Part shown: positions 1 through 10,158 of the stretch, in pieces
Layout: each line of letters begins with the position of its first letter
Numbering within the stretch: the first letter of the stretch is position 1
NCBI GenBank assembly: GCA_963666285.1
Contig: OY762711.1
From: Sedimentisphaerales bacterium
GTDB taxonomy: Bacteria > Planctomycetota > Phycisphaerae > Sedimentisphaerales > SM23-30
Length of the DNA: 64,000 nucleotides
Strand: one strand, 5' to 3'
The notes under the pieces: model-generated
What the model was told of the DNA's origin: nothing
What the model saw: the letters and a program-made list of their open reading frames with translations, nothing else
Database searches by the model: none
Position numbers and translations under genes: made by a program

Positions 1-2138
1 AGTTTAAGAAATACAATCAGCTTGCGTTAGCAATGTCTATTTTGTGTGTAAAACAGCATCTGCCTGCGGATATCAGCTATCGAACTCCGATGCAGCTTAA
101 TATTTCCGGGGATCCTCGTAAGCCTGTTAATACCAAAGACACAAGTAGACAGCTTGATATGAATGACCATATCATAAACTTTTTGAATGACAACACAATT
201 GATGAAGAGGTTGTTATTGGATACGAGGAAGAACCGGATGAGATCAGGTATGACAGCAGAGGAATTGCGATTCCGGCACCTAAAAAGAAAGGCAAAACCC
301 CTGTGAAGCAAATACAGAGGCGGTCACTATATGCGGCGGATATTATTGCCAGCAGGGAACTTCAGGAAAAATTTAATCTTTATATGAGCTCCAAGGGTTA
401 CGATGTTAATATCAATTGCGGAGAAAAAATAATTCACTGGAATAGTCATGATATGGTCCGTGGTGAACAGTATAAGTCGATAAAGCAAGCATACGATTTG
501 TTTTTGAATGCTTATTATGAAAAGGGGCTGATACCCAAACGAGAGCCATTGGCAACACCGGCCGAGCGATGTTTATTCCTTATAAGGAATAATGAGTTTA
601 AGTTTCCTGCCGGTCTTCAGGAAAAACGCAACTGGCCGCGGTTTCCTTTGAATGCTCCATGGCCGATATTGATAATGCTGGCCGAGGATTCTCAGCCGCT
701 GCGAGAGCGACAGGAGCGTTGGGAGGCTTTTGTCAATGACGGAGTTTTTAAGACATATGGTGAATATATTGGCAGTGTTGCCCAGCAGTATGACATGCAG
801 TCTGCTCGTCGGATCAAGCCATATGATTTCCCTTATGGATCCATTCAGATGATGCTCAAGGACGGTGGAGTTTGTGGGACAATGGGTAATATTTCCGCTC
901 GGTCGCACAACACTCTTGGTATACCGTCATGTACAGCCGGCCAGCCGGGCCATTGTGCAGCGGTGCATTTTCGCTATGATCCAAAGACCAATACTTATGC
1001 CTGTAAGGGCAGCCAGTATGCAACCGGCGGCGATGATAAGACAACGCCTCATGTAGGTTGGTATTTTGGAGAAGTAGAAAAGCATATAAAAACTCATAAC
1101 GGAAAGCAGCAGGTATCTTATGATCGCAAGCCGATGGTGTATCAGCAAAGTATAGCCTGGGCAGTAAATTATGGAATGCCAGAATATATGGATTCTATGA
1201 AGGCTTTTTGGTTGTACAAGATGCTGCCGGATGATTTACGTGGTGGATATGGATTGAAGCTGCTAAGAAGTGGTGTTAATCTGAATCCTTACAATTATGT
1301 TGTTGTTGAACAGGTTTTGACAGATGCCGGTGCAATTGAAATTTTGCAGGCGTTTCTGGAACACTTTACAACTACAGTTACAGCAGTACAAAAGCAAGGC
1401 TGTCCGTCAGATGGTTTGTATAATACTACGGTTAAAGATCAGGTTTTTAGTAAGATAGTAAAGCTGCCTTTGCCGAATAATAAAAACGAGCTTCAATACC
1501 TGTATGAATACCTTTTGAAACAGGGCTGTCAAAAGCAGGATGTAATTGTTAAAGTTATGAATGAGATATATGGTCTGGATACATTGCAGCACATTACGTA
1601 CAAAAAATTTGTTCAGCATTTAAGATCACGCGATATCCCTTCGAATGAAGTGGATAAAGTCAGCCGACTTATGGCAGATCAAATCAAGGCGACCGCATCA
1701 TATATAAAAAATAAGGATGCGAAAAAAGCTTGGGGCCAGAGATTGTTAAAACGTGCATATAATAACGAGAAGTATTTCGATTCAAAATATCGACTGGTAA
1801 CTGATCCTTCAGTAGTGGAAGCTGCCAGATTAGCAGGGAAAAAGTTTGATGATGAACAGGCTTTGGTAAAACCGGTGCTATACAATTTGGCTGTGCAATT
1901 GGAGAATTCTGTGTGTGGAGTGCGAACAGCTAAAAGTTGTAAGGATTTGTCCCAAAAGATAAACGGGGCATTCAATGTGGCGACCAAAAACGATTCTGCT
2001 TACGCACAAGAATGGCTTATGCAAATGCAGAATATTATACAAGGAAAAGAATCTTATATACCGGCAGATGTGAAAAAAAGAGCTAAACAGCAGAGAGATC
2101 CATGTGCTGAGACGATTAAAAAATTATTGAAAAAATAA
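1..2138 (+). CDS. Hypothetical protein with transglutaminase-like Cys/His motifs; 5'-partial
   Basis: The 701-aa frame stays open upstream of ATG 33 to the window edge. Motifs GGVCG and GQPGHCA resemble a transglutaminase/papain-type Cys...His pair. Confidence 0.55.
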   Translation, partial: FKKYNQLALAMSILCVKQHLPADISYRTPMQLNISGDPRKPVNTKDTSRQLDMNDHIINFLNDNTIDEEVVIGYEEEPDEIRYDSRGIAIPAPKKKGKTPVKQIQRRSLYAADIIASRELQEKFNLYMSSKGYDVNINCGEKIIHWNSHDMVRGEQYKSIKQAYDLFLNAYYEKGLIPKREPLATPAERCLFLIRNNEFKFPAGLQEKRNWPRFPLNAPWPILIMLAEDSQPLRERQERWEAFVNDGVFKTYGEYIGSVAQQYDMQSARRIKPYDFPYGSIQMMLKDGGVCGTMGNISARSHNTLGIPSCTAGQPGHCAAVHFRYDPKTNTYACKGSQYATGGDDKTTPHVGWYFGEVEKHIKTHNGKQQVSYDRKPMVYQQSIAWAVNYGMPEYMDSMKAFWLYKMLPDDLRGGYGLKLLRSGVNLNPYNYVVVEQVLTDAGAIEILQAFLEHFTTTVTAVQKQGCPSDGLYNTTVKDQVFSKIVKLPLPNNKNELQYLYEYLLKQGCQKQDVIVKVMNEIYGLDTLQHITYKKFVQHLRSRDIPSNEVDKVSRLMADQIKATASYIKNKDAKKAWGQRLLKRAYNNEKYFDSKYRLVTDPSVVEAARLAGKKFDDEQALVKPVLYNLAVQLENSVCGVRTAKSCKDLSQKINGAFNVATKNDSAYAQEWLMQMQNIIQGKESYIPADVKKRAKQQRDPCAETIKKLLKK

Positions 2139-2172
2139 CTTGTGATATGTTTTATACGTATAATATATATAA

Positions 2173-2240
2173 GTTAATTTTCTCAGTTTTAAGCTGCAAA
2201 AAAATTACTCAAAAGGGTTTTCTGTATCACTTTGAATTTA
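2173..2240 (+). repeat. Degenerate left arm of MITE family 1
   Basis: gttaattttctcagttttaagctgcaaa...aaaaggg...cactttgaatttaa aligns by eye with the copy at 14212. Confidence 0.55.
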
Positions 2241-2358
2241 AACGAAGCATCTCCGCTATGAGTTTATTTCTTTATTTGCACATTAGAATGTTATTTTTTC
2301 TATTTACTTTTAGCTCTAATAGAAAACAATATTATTTGATATAGATAATTATGTATAA

Positions 2359-2595
2359 GTTTACTTTCGCATTTTTTAAGTTGCAATAACGAAGTGCCTC
2401 TGGTAAATTGCCTAAAAGGGCCTTCCTGCAACGCTTTAATATTAAACAAAACGTGAGACGATAGCGAATTATTCCTGATGTCAACGTACATCAGGACACC
2501 ATAATTTTTTATTTTTCACTATTCGTTTTTCACTTAATTGGCCCTGTTATGACCTTTGCGGATAACGTTGAACAGTCAAAAGTACGAAAGCGTAC
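2359..2595. mobile_element. MITE family 1, copy A, carrying a nested REP-like module
   Basis: Imperfect terminal inverted repeats (GTTTACTTTCGCA... / ...AGTACGAAAGCGTAC). Flanked by 5-bp direct repeat TATAA at 2354-2358 and 2596-2600. Confidence 0.85.
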
Positions 2596-2712
2596 TATAA
2601 AAGACGTGCTAATTAACATGTCTTTTTTTTTATTATATATACTTTGGTATTTACTGTATCATAATAATGTATTGAAATTGATTATGAACTTCTAATTAGT
2701 ATGCGCTAAATT

Positions 2713-3381
2713 ATGATAAAAGCTGTAGTATTTGATATGGATGATACCCTGTTTCCTGAGCTGGAATATGTTCAGAGCGGTTATCGTGCGGTAGCAGAGT
2801 ATCTGGCGGACCGCGATTATTCAGCAGAGTATCTGTACGAAAAGCTCTGGGGCATTTTTCAGACAGACCGTAAGGCTAAGGCTTTCAATGTACTTTTGGA
2901 GCAGATGGGTAGAGAGGTTATGCCCGGCCGGATAGATGAGCTGATTAAGCTGTATCGAGAGCATAGGCCGGACATCAAGCCGTTTGCCGGGACTGAAGAT
3001 GTACTGAAAAGGATAAGCTCAAATTATCGTACCGGGCTGATATCAGATGGTTTTATGCCTGGCCAGCAGTATAAGCTGGATGCATTGGGTTTAGAAAAGT
3101 ATTTTGAAAAAGTGATTTTTACCGAAACTCTCGGCCGTGAAAACTGGAAACCGTCTCCCTTGAGCTATGAGATCATGGCCGATAGCCTGGGAGTAGGGCA
3201 TGGCGAGTGTGTTTATGTTGCTGATAATCTGGGGAAAGATTTTGTCTCGCCTAATGCCTTGGGGTGGGTGACTGTTCATATTAAGATCGAAGGCCAGGTA
3301 TACTGGGAAAGGCAGATTGCCGAGGGGGGTGAGCCGCAAAAAAGGATATCTCAGCTTTCAGAATTGTTTGATATTTTATAA
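2713..3381 (+). CDS. HAD-superfamily hydrolase
   Basis: Motif I VFDMDDTL, KP motif and YVADNLGKD motif IV. Confidence 0.9.
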   Translation: MIKAVVFDMDDTLFPELEYVQSGYRAVAEYLADRDYSAEYLYEKLWGIFQTDRKAKAFNVLLEQMGREVMPGRIDELIKLYREHRPDIKPFAGTEDVLKRISSNYRTGLISDGFMPGQQYKLDALGLEKYFEKVIFTETLGRENWKPSPLSYEIMADSLGVGHGECVYVADNLGKDFVSPNALGWVTVHIKIEGQVYWERQIAEGGEPQKRISQLSELFDIL

Positions 3382-3428
3382 GTCATTGTCTGACGTGGGT
3401 TTATGCATTTGGTGCGTTATTTCAGCGC

Positions 3429-3506
3429 AAAAAAAAGGCCCAGATTCGGGGGGTCTTAAAAGAGTCTGTTCTCTCCCTTTTAAGAACTCTCAAATCGGCT
3501 GGGCTT
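3429..3506 (-). terminator. Long imperfect hairpin with U-tract downstream of prfA
   Basis: GCCCAG/CTGGGC and TCTTAAAAG/CTTTTAAGA arms form a stem of about 30 bp, followed by T8 on the minus strand. Confidence 0.65.
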
Positions 3507-3698
3507 GAGGCGCTATTTGATTTTCAGAGGGTCACAGCTTTTGGCGTGTCTCGCTCTTCAATTTAATAGTGGCCGCTTGTTGGTAAACCGTCCCGGAGAA
3601 AATAATAAAAAAAAGACTTATTTAGACGTTTCGCAATATAAGTCCTTTTATATCAATAATATAAAAAATAATAGTTATTTGTTATTTTCTTAGATTTA

Positions 3699-4802
3699 TT
3701 ATATATTAGCCAGTCTCTGCTGTTTGTCATAGTCTATCAAGGCTTCTACCATCTGGTCAATATCGCCCATCATAAATTTGTCCAGTGAATAAAGCGACAC
3801 GTTGATGCGATGGTCAGTAACACGGTTCTGCGGGAAATTATAGGTTCTTATCCTCTGGGAACGGTCACCTGAGCCGATCATGTCTTTACGAGCATCGGCA
3901 CGTTCAGCATTCTTTTCCTGCATAAACTTCTCATAAACTCGGCTTTTCAGGATACGCCATGCTTTGGCACGGTTCTTATGCTGACTTTTTTCGTCCTGCA
4001 TACTAACGGTAATGCCGGTTGGTACGTGTTCCAGCTTGATTGCTGAGTTGGTTTTATTTACGCTCTGGCCGCCCGGACCGCTTGAACGAGCTACGTGTTC
4101 AAGTACATCATCTTTTTTGATGTCAATTTCAACATCTTCCGGTTCAGGTAACACTGCTACTGTAGCAGCTGAAGTATGTATCCTGCCCTGGGACTCGGTT
4201 TCCGGCACTCGCTGTACGCGATGACCGCCGCCTTCATATCCCAGCGAAGCCCATACGCCATCACCTTTTACGCCAAAAATAACTTCCTTATAGCCACCCA
4301 TTGGAGAAGATGAAAATTCCATTTCTTCGACTTTCCATCCCATTTTCTCACAATAATACTTGTACATACTATACAGGTTGCCGGCAAACAGGGCGGCTTC
4401 ATCGCCACCGGTACCCGCTCTTATTTCGACGATAACAGAGCTGATAGAGGCGTCATCGCTCATAACCAGCTTCTCTTTGATCTTATCCAGGCTGCTGGTT
4501 AGCTGGTCAACCAGTTCATCAGCTTCTTCCCGTGCCATATCACGCATTTCAGTGTCCATATCCTTGTCGTTAGCCATTTCAACAGCTTCATCATATTGCT
4601 GCTGAAGTTTTGTGAACTCCAGGAAACTTTCCACCATCGGTCGCAATTTACCATGCTCTTTTGCCAGCCTGGTGATTTCTGAAGCATTGGCGGCAACGGC
4701 AGGGTCGTTCATTTCGCTTTCGATTTTACTAAACTGCTCTGCGACCTGGTCGAGTTTCTCCAGGATTTTTGTATCTGTTGTTGTAAGTTCAAAAGTGGCC
4801 AT
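3699..4802 (-). CDS. prfA: Peptide chain release factor 1
   Basis: EIRAGTGGDEA, HRVQRVPETE (PxT), GGQ motif and RTYNFPQNRVTDHRI. Confidence 0.97.
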   Translation of the reverse strand: MATFELTTTDTKILEKLDQVAEQFSKIESEMNDPAVAANASEITRLAKEHGKLRPMVESFLEFTKLQQQYDEAVEMANDKDMDTEMRDMAREEADELVDQLTSSLDKIKEKLVMSDDASISSVIVEIRAGTGGDEAALFAGNLYSMYKYYCEKMGWKVEEMEFSSSPMGGYKEVIFGVKGDGVWASLGYEGGGHRVQRVPETESQGRIHTSAATVAVLPEPEDVEIDIKKDDVLEHVARSSGPGGQSVNKTNSAIKLEHVPTGITVSMQDEKSQHKNRAKAWRILKSRVYEKFMQEKNAERADARKDMIGSGDRSQRIRTYNFPQNRVTDHRINVSLYSLDKFMMGDIDQMVEALIDYDKQQRLANI

Positions 4803-5012
4803 AAGATTATTCCCAAAATGTGTTTAGGTTATATTGGCAAAAGACTGCAAGGGCAAATGACTATTTCTATATTAGATATTTGCATGAAAAAAACGCTGGA
4901 TGATTACTGCTTGTATCTCTCAATGCGGATTGGTAGTACCAAAACACGTCGAAGTATCGGCTCTTGACTTAGCCGACAGTAATAATCCAGCGTTTTATAA
5001 TGAGCGGTAAAG

Positions 5013-5228
5013 CTACTTCTTGGCGAAGTAATTTCCACCGAATTTCTTTTTGAACTTGTCGATACGACCGGCGGTGTCAACAAACTTCTGCTTACCAGTA
5101 TAGAAAGGATGGCATGCAGAGCAGATTTCCACGTTCAGCTCTGAAACGGTAGCGCGAGTAGTAAACTCATTGCCACAACCGCACTTAGCTTTGCACTCTA
5201 CGTAATCAGGATGAATGCCTTGTTTCAC
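5013..5228 (-). CDS. rpmE: 50S ribosomal protein L31, Zn-binding type
   Basis: (M)[37 protein letters not shown] start at 5228 follows a GGAG SD. Confidence 0.96.
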   Translation of the reverse strand: MKQGIHPDYVECKAKCGCGNEFTTRATVSELNVEICSACHPFYTGKQKFVDTAGRIDKFKKKFGGNYFAKK

Positions 5229-5496
5229 TTTTATATCTCCATATATAGAGGTTAAAAAATCGCAAAATTTTAAGAATTCCAAATTATATAGTAAAAAATG
5301 GATTTGTAAAGAGTTTTTTTGGCTAAAATGCGTGAATTCGAGTTATAGGTCCTTGCGAATCCTTTTGCTGGAAGTATGTTATGGCAATTAGGGCAGAGTA
5401 TTAGTTTTATATATATTATCTAATGTTTTATTGGAGTTTGAAGGCGGTAGAGTCGAAATATACTCTAAAAAAGATAGCGCATTTTAACTATCGTTA

Positions 5497-5505
5497 TGTT
5501 ATAAT
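5497..5505 (+). promoter_or_regulatory. Extended -10 promoter element for yajC-secDF
   Basis: TG-T-TATAAT about 80 bp upstream of the yajC start. Confidence 0.5.
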
Positions 5506-5586
5506 ACCGAATTCTTGAATGGATTAGTATTATAAGTATGGATATTAGTTAAGATATAAGATATTGTATCGAAAGGACTTATTGAA

Positions 5587-5979
5587 ATGTTAGAGGATTT
5601 TATCCTGGCTGACGCAACGCCTCCCAAGTTGTTAGATGATGCTGTAACCAGTACAGCCCAAGATGGTTCTGCCCCGGCGGCTGATACAACACCTGATGGT
5701 GCCCCGCCTAGAGCAGGGAGCATATGGGATATGTTACCGTTTCTGCTGTTGCTGGCCGGTATGTTTATTTTTATGACTATGGGTAGTCGTAAAAAAGATA
5801 AGGAACGCAAGAGGATGCTCAGCGAGATGAAGAAGAACGACAAAGTTCGTACCATTGGCGGCATCATAGGAACCATAGTTGAAGTTCGCGATAAGGAAGT
5901 GCTTGTAAAGATAGATGAATCAAACAATACTCGCGTTAAATTTGTTCGCGATGCTATTGCAGAAATTATTAATGAATAG
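5587..5979 (+). CDS. yajC: Preprotein translocase subunit YajC
   Basis: One TM helix then KKNDKVRTIGGIIGTIVEV; lies upstream of secDF. Confidence 0.93.
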   Translation: MLEDFILADATPPKLLDDAVTSTAQDGSAPAADTTPDGAPPRAGSIWDMLPFLLLLAGMFIFMTMGSRKKDKERKRMLSEMKKNDKVRTIGGIIGTIVEVRDKEVLVKIDESNNTRVKFVRDAIAEIINE

Positions 5980-6109
5980 TCCAAAGCCGTTTCGGCTTAA
6001 GTTAATGTAATTTAGTTAAGCAGTTTTATTTATTGTTATGGCAGAGCAATCCGGATAGTAGTTCGGTAAGCAGTCAATAATAACAGAGGTAAAGAAAGCG
6101 TATTTTAGT

Positions 6110-9100
6110 ATGAATAAGGAATTAAAGTGGAAGTCTTTTCTGGTAGTATTATTGGTATTATTCTTTGGTCTAAGCATATGGATGAATGGCCTGAAGCCCG
6201 GTATCGATCTGGCCGGCGGTTCAAGCTTGCTCTATGAGATAGACACAACAGGTATGCCTGAATCTGAGCGTCGTGGAATATGCGAAGATATGATCCGTAT
6301 TCTTCGTCAGCGAATCGACCCTAGTAATCAGCTTGGTATTATCTGGCGTCCGCATGGTGTCGATAAAATCGAAATCCAGGTTCCGCTGGCTACCGAAGAA
6401 ACTCGTAAACTTATGGAATCTTATAAGCTGCTTTTGGCTGAGCTTGAAGATACCGGTATTAACATGATTTCAGTCAAGCAGGCCCTTGTTCATCCTGAAG
6501 GAAAAACTCGTGAAGAATATGTTGCCGGCCGGTCTGAACAATTTGCCGCTCTTGCACAAGATGACAGTAATCGTCAGGCGATTCTTGACCAGTTGGCAGA
6601 AGCGTATGATAGCAAAGAAGCTGCTATGGCAGAACAAATTGCTGCTATGGAAAATGTCGAAAACATTTCCAAGATAGTCAAGGATGCTGAAGTAAGCGAA
6701 TACCAGTTATCAAGTCTTGTCAGGGTATGGGATACCCTTGATGAGCCTAACCAGGTAGACAGGGTCGCTAAAATTGCCAAGCCTGATGCCGGTTTATCTG
6801 ACGAGTTGGTGCGTAAATATATTTCAGAGACAAAGAAAATATCACAGTATCGTCAGAAGCTTAACGGTGATGACGGCCTGATTGCACAGGTTAATGATAT
6901 TTTGAGGGATCTGGAAAGATCAAATATAAATATTGACCGCTTTGAAAAATATCTTGCTGCTGAGCCTAAACGCCGTGCAGTAGAGATGGAAAACCTGATT
7001 CAGGCTCATCCGAATCAGGGAACTTTAATAAAGCAGATAGAGGAAGCATACGATAAGTATGCAGGTGTTGCCGGAAGATTGGATGACCCTGAAGATCTGA
7101 AACGTATGCTGCGTGGTAGTGGTGTTTTAGAATTCCGTATTCTACCGACAGCCAGTTCACCTGATTTAGTTGTGAGTGACTATAAAAATAAGCTTGCAGA
7201 TTTTGGACCGGTTAAGGCCAGTACAGATAAATATGTATGGCGTCCGATACGAGATATCAAAGCTTTTAACTGTCCGACAGCTATTATTGCCCAGTATGTA
7301 GATGAATCTTATGTGCTTTGTTCCAATCAGAAAGGTGAGACTTTAACCGGAAGTGGTGAAAGTACCTGGAAACTGGCGGCCGCCCGTCCGGATCAGGACC
7401 GTTTTGGCTCGCCTGCTGTATCATTTGAGTTTAATACGGCTGGTGCCGGGTTGTTTTATGATCTGACAAAAAATAATACGGAACGCCCGTTGTGTATTCT
7501 GCTGGATGATCAAGCAATTTCCGCTCCTAATATCAATAGTGCTATTAATGGCAGCGGTATTATTTCCGGTTCATTTACTTATAAAGAAGTAGTAGAGCTG
7601 GCAGATAAGCTGAAGGCTGGATCATTGCCTGCCCGTTTGAGTGATGAGCCGATTTCAGAAAATAATATTGGTCCTACTCTTGGTAAAGATAACCTTGCAG
7701 CTGGTATGAAAGCCGGTATTATCGGTTTGGTAACAGTTCTGATCTTTATGGTTATTTACTATACTCTTTCCGGTGTCTTGGCTGACCTTGCCCTGGTATT
7801 GAATATGCTGTTTATTGTTGGTGTCATGGCATTTTCCAAGGCTACCTTCACTATGCCGGGTATTGCTGCTTTGATCCTGACTGTTGGTATGGCGGTAGAT
7901 GCAAATGTGCTGATTTTCGAACGTGTTCGTGAAGAAATGAAAGCCGGAAGCTCACTTAAGATTGCTATTAAGAATGGTTATGATCGTGCGTTCTGGACAA
8001 TTTTCGATGCTAACTTGACAACTTTCATCGTAGCTTTAATCCTCTGGGTAATGGCCTCAGAAGAAATCAAGGGATTTGCCCTGGCTCTGATGATTGGTAT
8101 TGTAAGTTCGATGTTCACCGCATTGTTTGTTACCAGGTTTATCTTTGAATCGCTGCTGGAATCAGATAAGCTGCATGATAAGTTGAGCATGATGCACCTG
8201 ATGGACCATCCTAGTGTAAACTGGATGAAGTTGAAACCAATATTCTGGTCTGTTTCTGCCGTGCTGGTACTGAGTGGCTGGTTCTTCACTTTTAATCGAA
8301 CTAATGACAGCAACAGCCTGTATTCAATCGAGTTTACCGGTGGTACCAGTGCCCAGGTTCGTTTGAATGTTGATAAAGCCAATGAATTGCTCTCTGCTGA
8401 AGAGAAGGTAATGGACGCTGAAGACAGGGGACTGATACTTCGCGGTAAAATTGAAAAGATGATCAGCAGCAATACAGAAGATCCTGAAATCGCTGCTTGT
8501 CGTGTTCAACAGGTAGGAGCACCGGAAAATTATGAATATGAAATTGTTACTACCGCTACTAACCTTGTCAGTACAACAATAACTCCGGGTGAAGGTGATC
8601 CTTCAACTGCAGCTGAGATTGAAGCTAAATTCAAGCAGGTTGCTACTAAACTGGGTGACAAGCGTTTGGAGAACACCAAGTTTAAGCAGGATGGAGATGC
8701 CTTTACCCTGGAAACACATCAGACTAGTATTAATGTAGTTAAGAAGGCACTTGCTGAAGCGTATCCGAACTCAACATATTCCGAACCTGTTGTTAACAAC
8801 CTTGTTGGTAATACTATTATTGCCGCCGTGGGTGACTATCTGAATGTTATCAGGAATCTTGAGCCTGCAAATGTCATTGCTCAGCCGATTACAGATGAAC
8901 TTATCAGTAAGAAGCCTTATCTGGGTGCATATAGTGGCGGGCTAGTGCTGACAGCTGACTTTGCTCCTGGCAAAAATGAGACTCTGGCAGCAATCAAAAG
9001 CAGATTCGAACGTACACAGTTCCGTGCTGATTTCGAGTCTTATGATTATTATGACAGCCTGTTCTTTGCCCCTGATAACAGTGGCTCAGACCAGCCGCTG

Positions 9101-9847
9101 GGTAGTGTTGAAATGGTTACAAAACTAGATAATGTTGTCTTTGGTGTTAGTGAAGATGATGAATGGAATGCTTTTGTTGCTAACGAACAAGGGCGTTTTG
9201 TTGATGCGTTGAAACTTCAGACTTCGTTTACACGACTGACCCAGATAGATCCGTCTGTTGGTAGTAAGTCTATGACAGATGCTGTGATTTCTGTTGTTGT
9301 TTCACTGCTGGCGATTGTAGCGTATATCTGGTTCAGATTTGGTAATATTAGATTTGGTCTTGCTGCTGTTACTGCTCTTGTACATGACGTGAGTATTTCA
9401 CTTGGCCTGGTTGCTTTGACAGCCGCTATTAGTAATACAGCCCTTGGCCGTATGCTGCTGATAAGTGATTTCAAGATTGACCTTCCTGTAATCGCCGCGT
9501 TCCTGACGGTTATCGGTTATTCGCTCAATGATACGATTGTTGTGTTTGACCGAATTCGTGAAAACCGCGGTAAGAAGACTGTTCTTACAGGCGAGATGAT
9601 CAGTTCCAGTATCAACCAGACATTGAGCCGTACTGTTCTGACTTCATTTACAACTTTGATCGTTCTGGTTGTTATGTACATTTGGGGCGGTTCTGGTTTG
9701 AGAGGTTTCAACTTTGTATTGATCATAGGTGTTATCGTTGGTACCTATTCTTCTATCGCTATTGCTTCGCCTCTACTTCAGGGTGCTGTTGATATCGAAC
9801 CGGAAGAAGAGACCGGACCTGTTTCTGAAGGTGTGGCGATGAACTAA
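6110..9847 (+). CDS. secDF: Fused protein translocase subunit SecDF with large periplasmic insertions
   Basis: GIDLAGG, GMAVDANVLIFERVREE (SecD), IEFTGG and GYSLNDTIVVFDRIREN (SecF). Confidence 0.96.
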   Translation: MNKELKWKSFLVVLLVLFFGLSIWMNGLKPGIDLAGGSSLLYEIDTTGMPESERRGICEDMIRILRQRIDPSNQLGIIWRPHGVDKIEIQVPLATEETRKLMESYKLLLAELEDTGINMISVKQALVHPEGKTREEYVAGRSEQFAALAQDDSNRQAILDQLAEAYDSKEAAMAEQIAAMENVENISKIVKDAEVSEYQLSSLVRVWDTLDEPNQVDRVAKIAKPDAGLSDELVRKYISETKKISQYRQKLNGDDGLIAQVNDILRDLERSNINIDRFEKYLAAEPKRRAVEMENLIQAHPNQGTLIKQIEEAYDKYAGVAGRLDDPEDLKRMLRGSGVLEFRILPTASSPDLVVSDYKNKLADFGPVKASTDKYVWRPIRDIKAFNCPTAIIAQYVDESYVLCSNQKGETLTGSGESTWKLAAARPDQDRFGSPAVSFEFNTAGAGLFYDLTKNNTERPLCILLDDQAISAPNINSAINGSGIISGSFTYKEVVELADKLKAGSLPARLSDEPISENNIGPTLGKDNLAAGMKAGIIGLVTVLIFMVIYYTLSGVLADLALVLNMLFIVGVMAFSKATFTMPGIAALILTVGMAVDANVLIFERVREEMKAGSSLKIAIKNGYDRAFWTIFDANLTTFIVALILWVMASEEIKGFALALMIGIVSSMFTALFVTRFIFESLLESDKLHDKLSMMHLMDHPSVNWMKLKPIFWSVSAVLVLSGWFFTFNRTNDSNSLYSIEFTGGTSAQVRLNVDKANELLSAEEKVMDAEDRGLILRGKIEKMISSNTEDPEIAACRVQQVGAPENYEYEIVTTATNLVSTTITPGEGDPSTAAEIEAKFKQVATKLGDKRLENTKFKQDGDAFTLETHQTSINVVKKALAEAYPNSTYSEPVVNNLVGNTIIAAVGDYLNVIRNLEPANVIAQPITDELISKKPYLGAYSGGLVLTADFAPGKNETLAAIKSRFERTQFRADFESYDYYDSLFFAPDNSGSDQPLGSVEMVTKLDNVVFGVSEDDEWNAFVANEQGRFVDALKLQTSFTRLTQIDPSVGSKSMTDAVISVVVSLLAIVAYIWFRFGNIRFGLAAVTALVHDVSISLGLVALTAAISNTALGRMLLISDFKIDLPVIAAFLTVIGYSLNDTIVVFDRIRENRGKKTVLTGEMISSSINQTLSRTVLTSFTTLIVLVVMYIWGGSGLRGFNFVLIIGVIVGTYSSIAIASPLLQGAVDIEPEEETGPVSEGVAMN

Positions 9848-9900
9848 GATCAGTTAAAATCTATCTTTGATTATTAGCTTATTGTTAATATGATATATCC

Positions 9901-9932
9901 AAAGCCGGTGGGTAAAACCATCGGCTTTTTTT
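9901..9932 (+). terminator. Rho-independent terminator
   Basis: AAAGCCGGTGG...CCATCGGCTTT stem with T-tract after secDF. Confidence 0.8.
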
Positions 9933-10158
9933 ATGTATATGGTAAATTTCGTATGTCCGACAAATGCGTTAATGGCCGGTGAATCTTATAATATTAAAAA
10001 TGTGTTACAGCTTTTTTTCTTTTAATTTCAGCTTTTTTGGTGTATTTTCAAGTTATCAGTCAATTTTTTCGACATTGTTTCAGACTAGTTGTGTATTATT
10101 AATATCAAATTAAAGTGCTTTTATTAAAATTTGTTCTATTTACGTAAGGAGTAATTAT

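Noticed and set aside
5478..5505. dif-like sequence containing TTATGTTATAA
   Set aside because: The XerC arm is poor, and the site is better explained as an extended -10 promoter for yajC.
9985..10002. PerR/Fur-like box upstream of rubrerythrin
   Set aside because: Spacing does not fit the consensus and the region is AT-rich.
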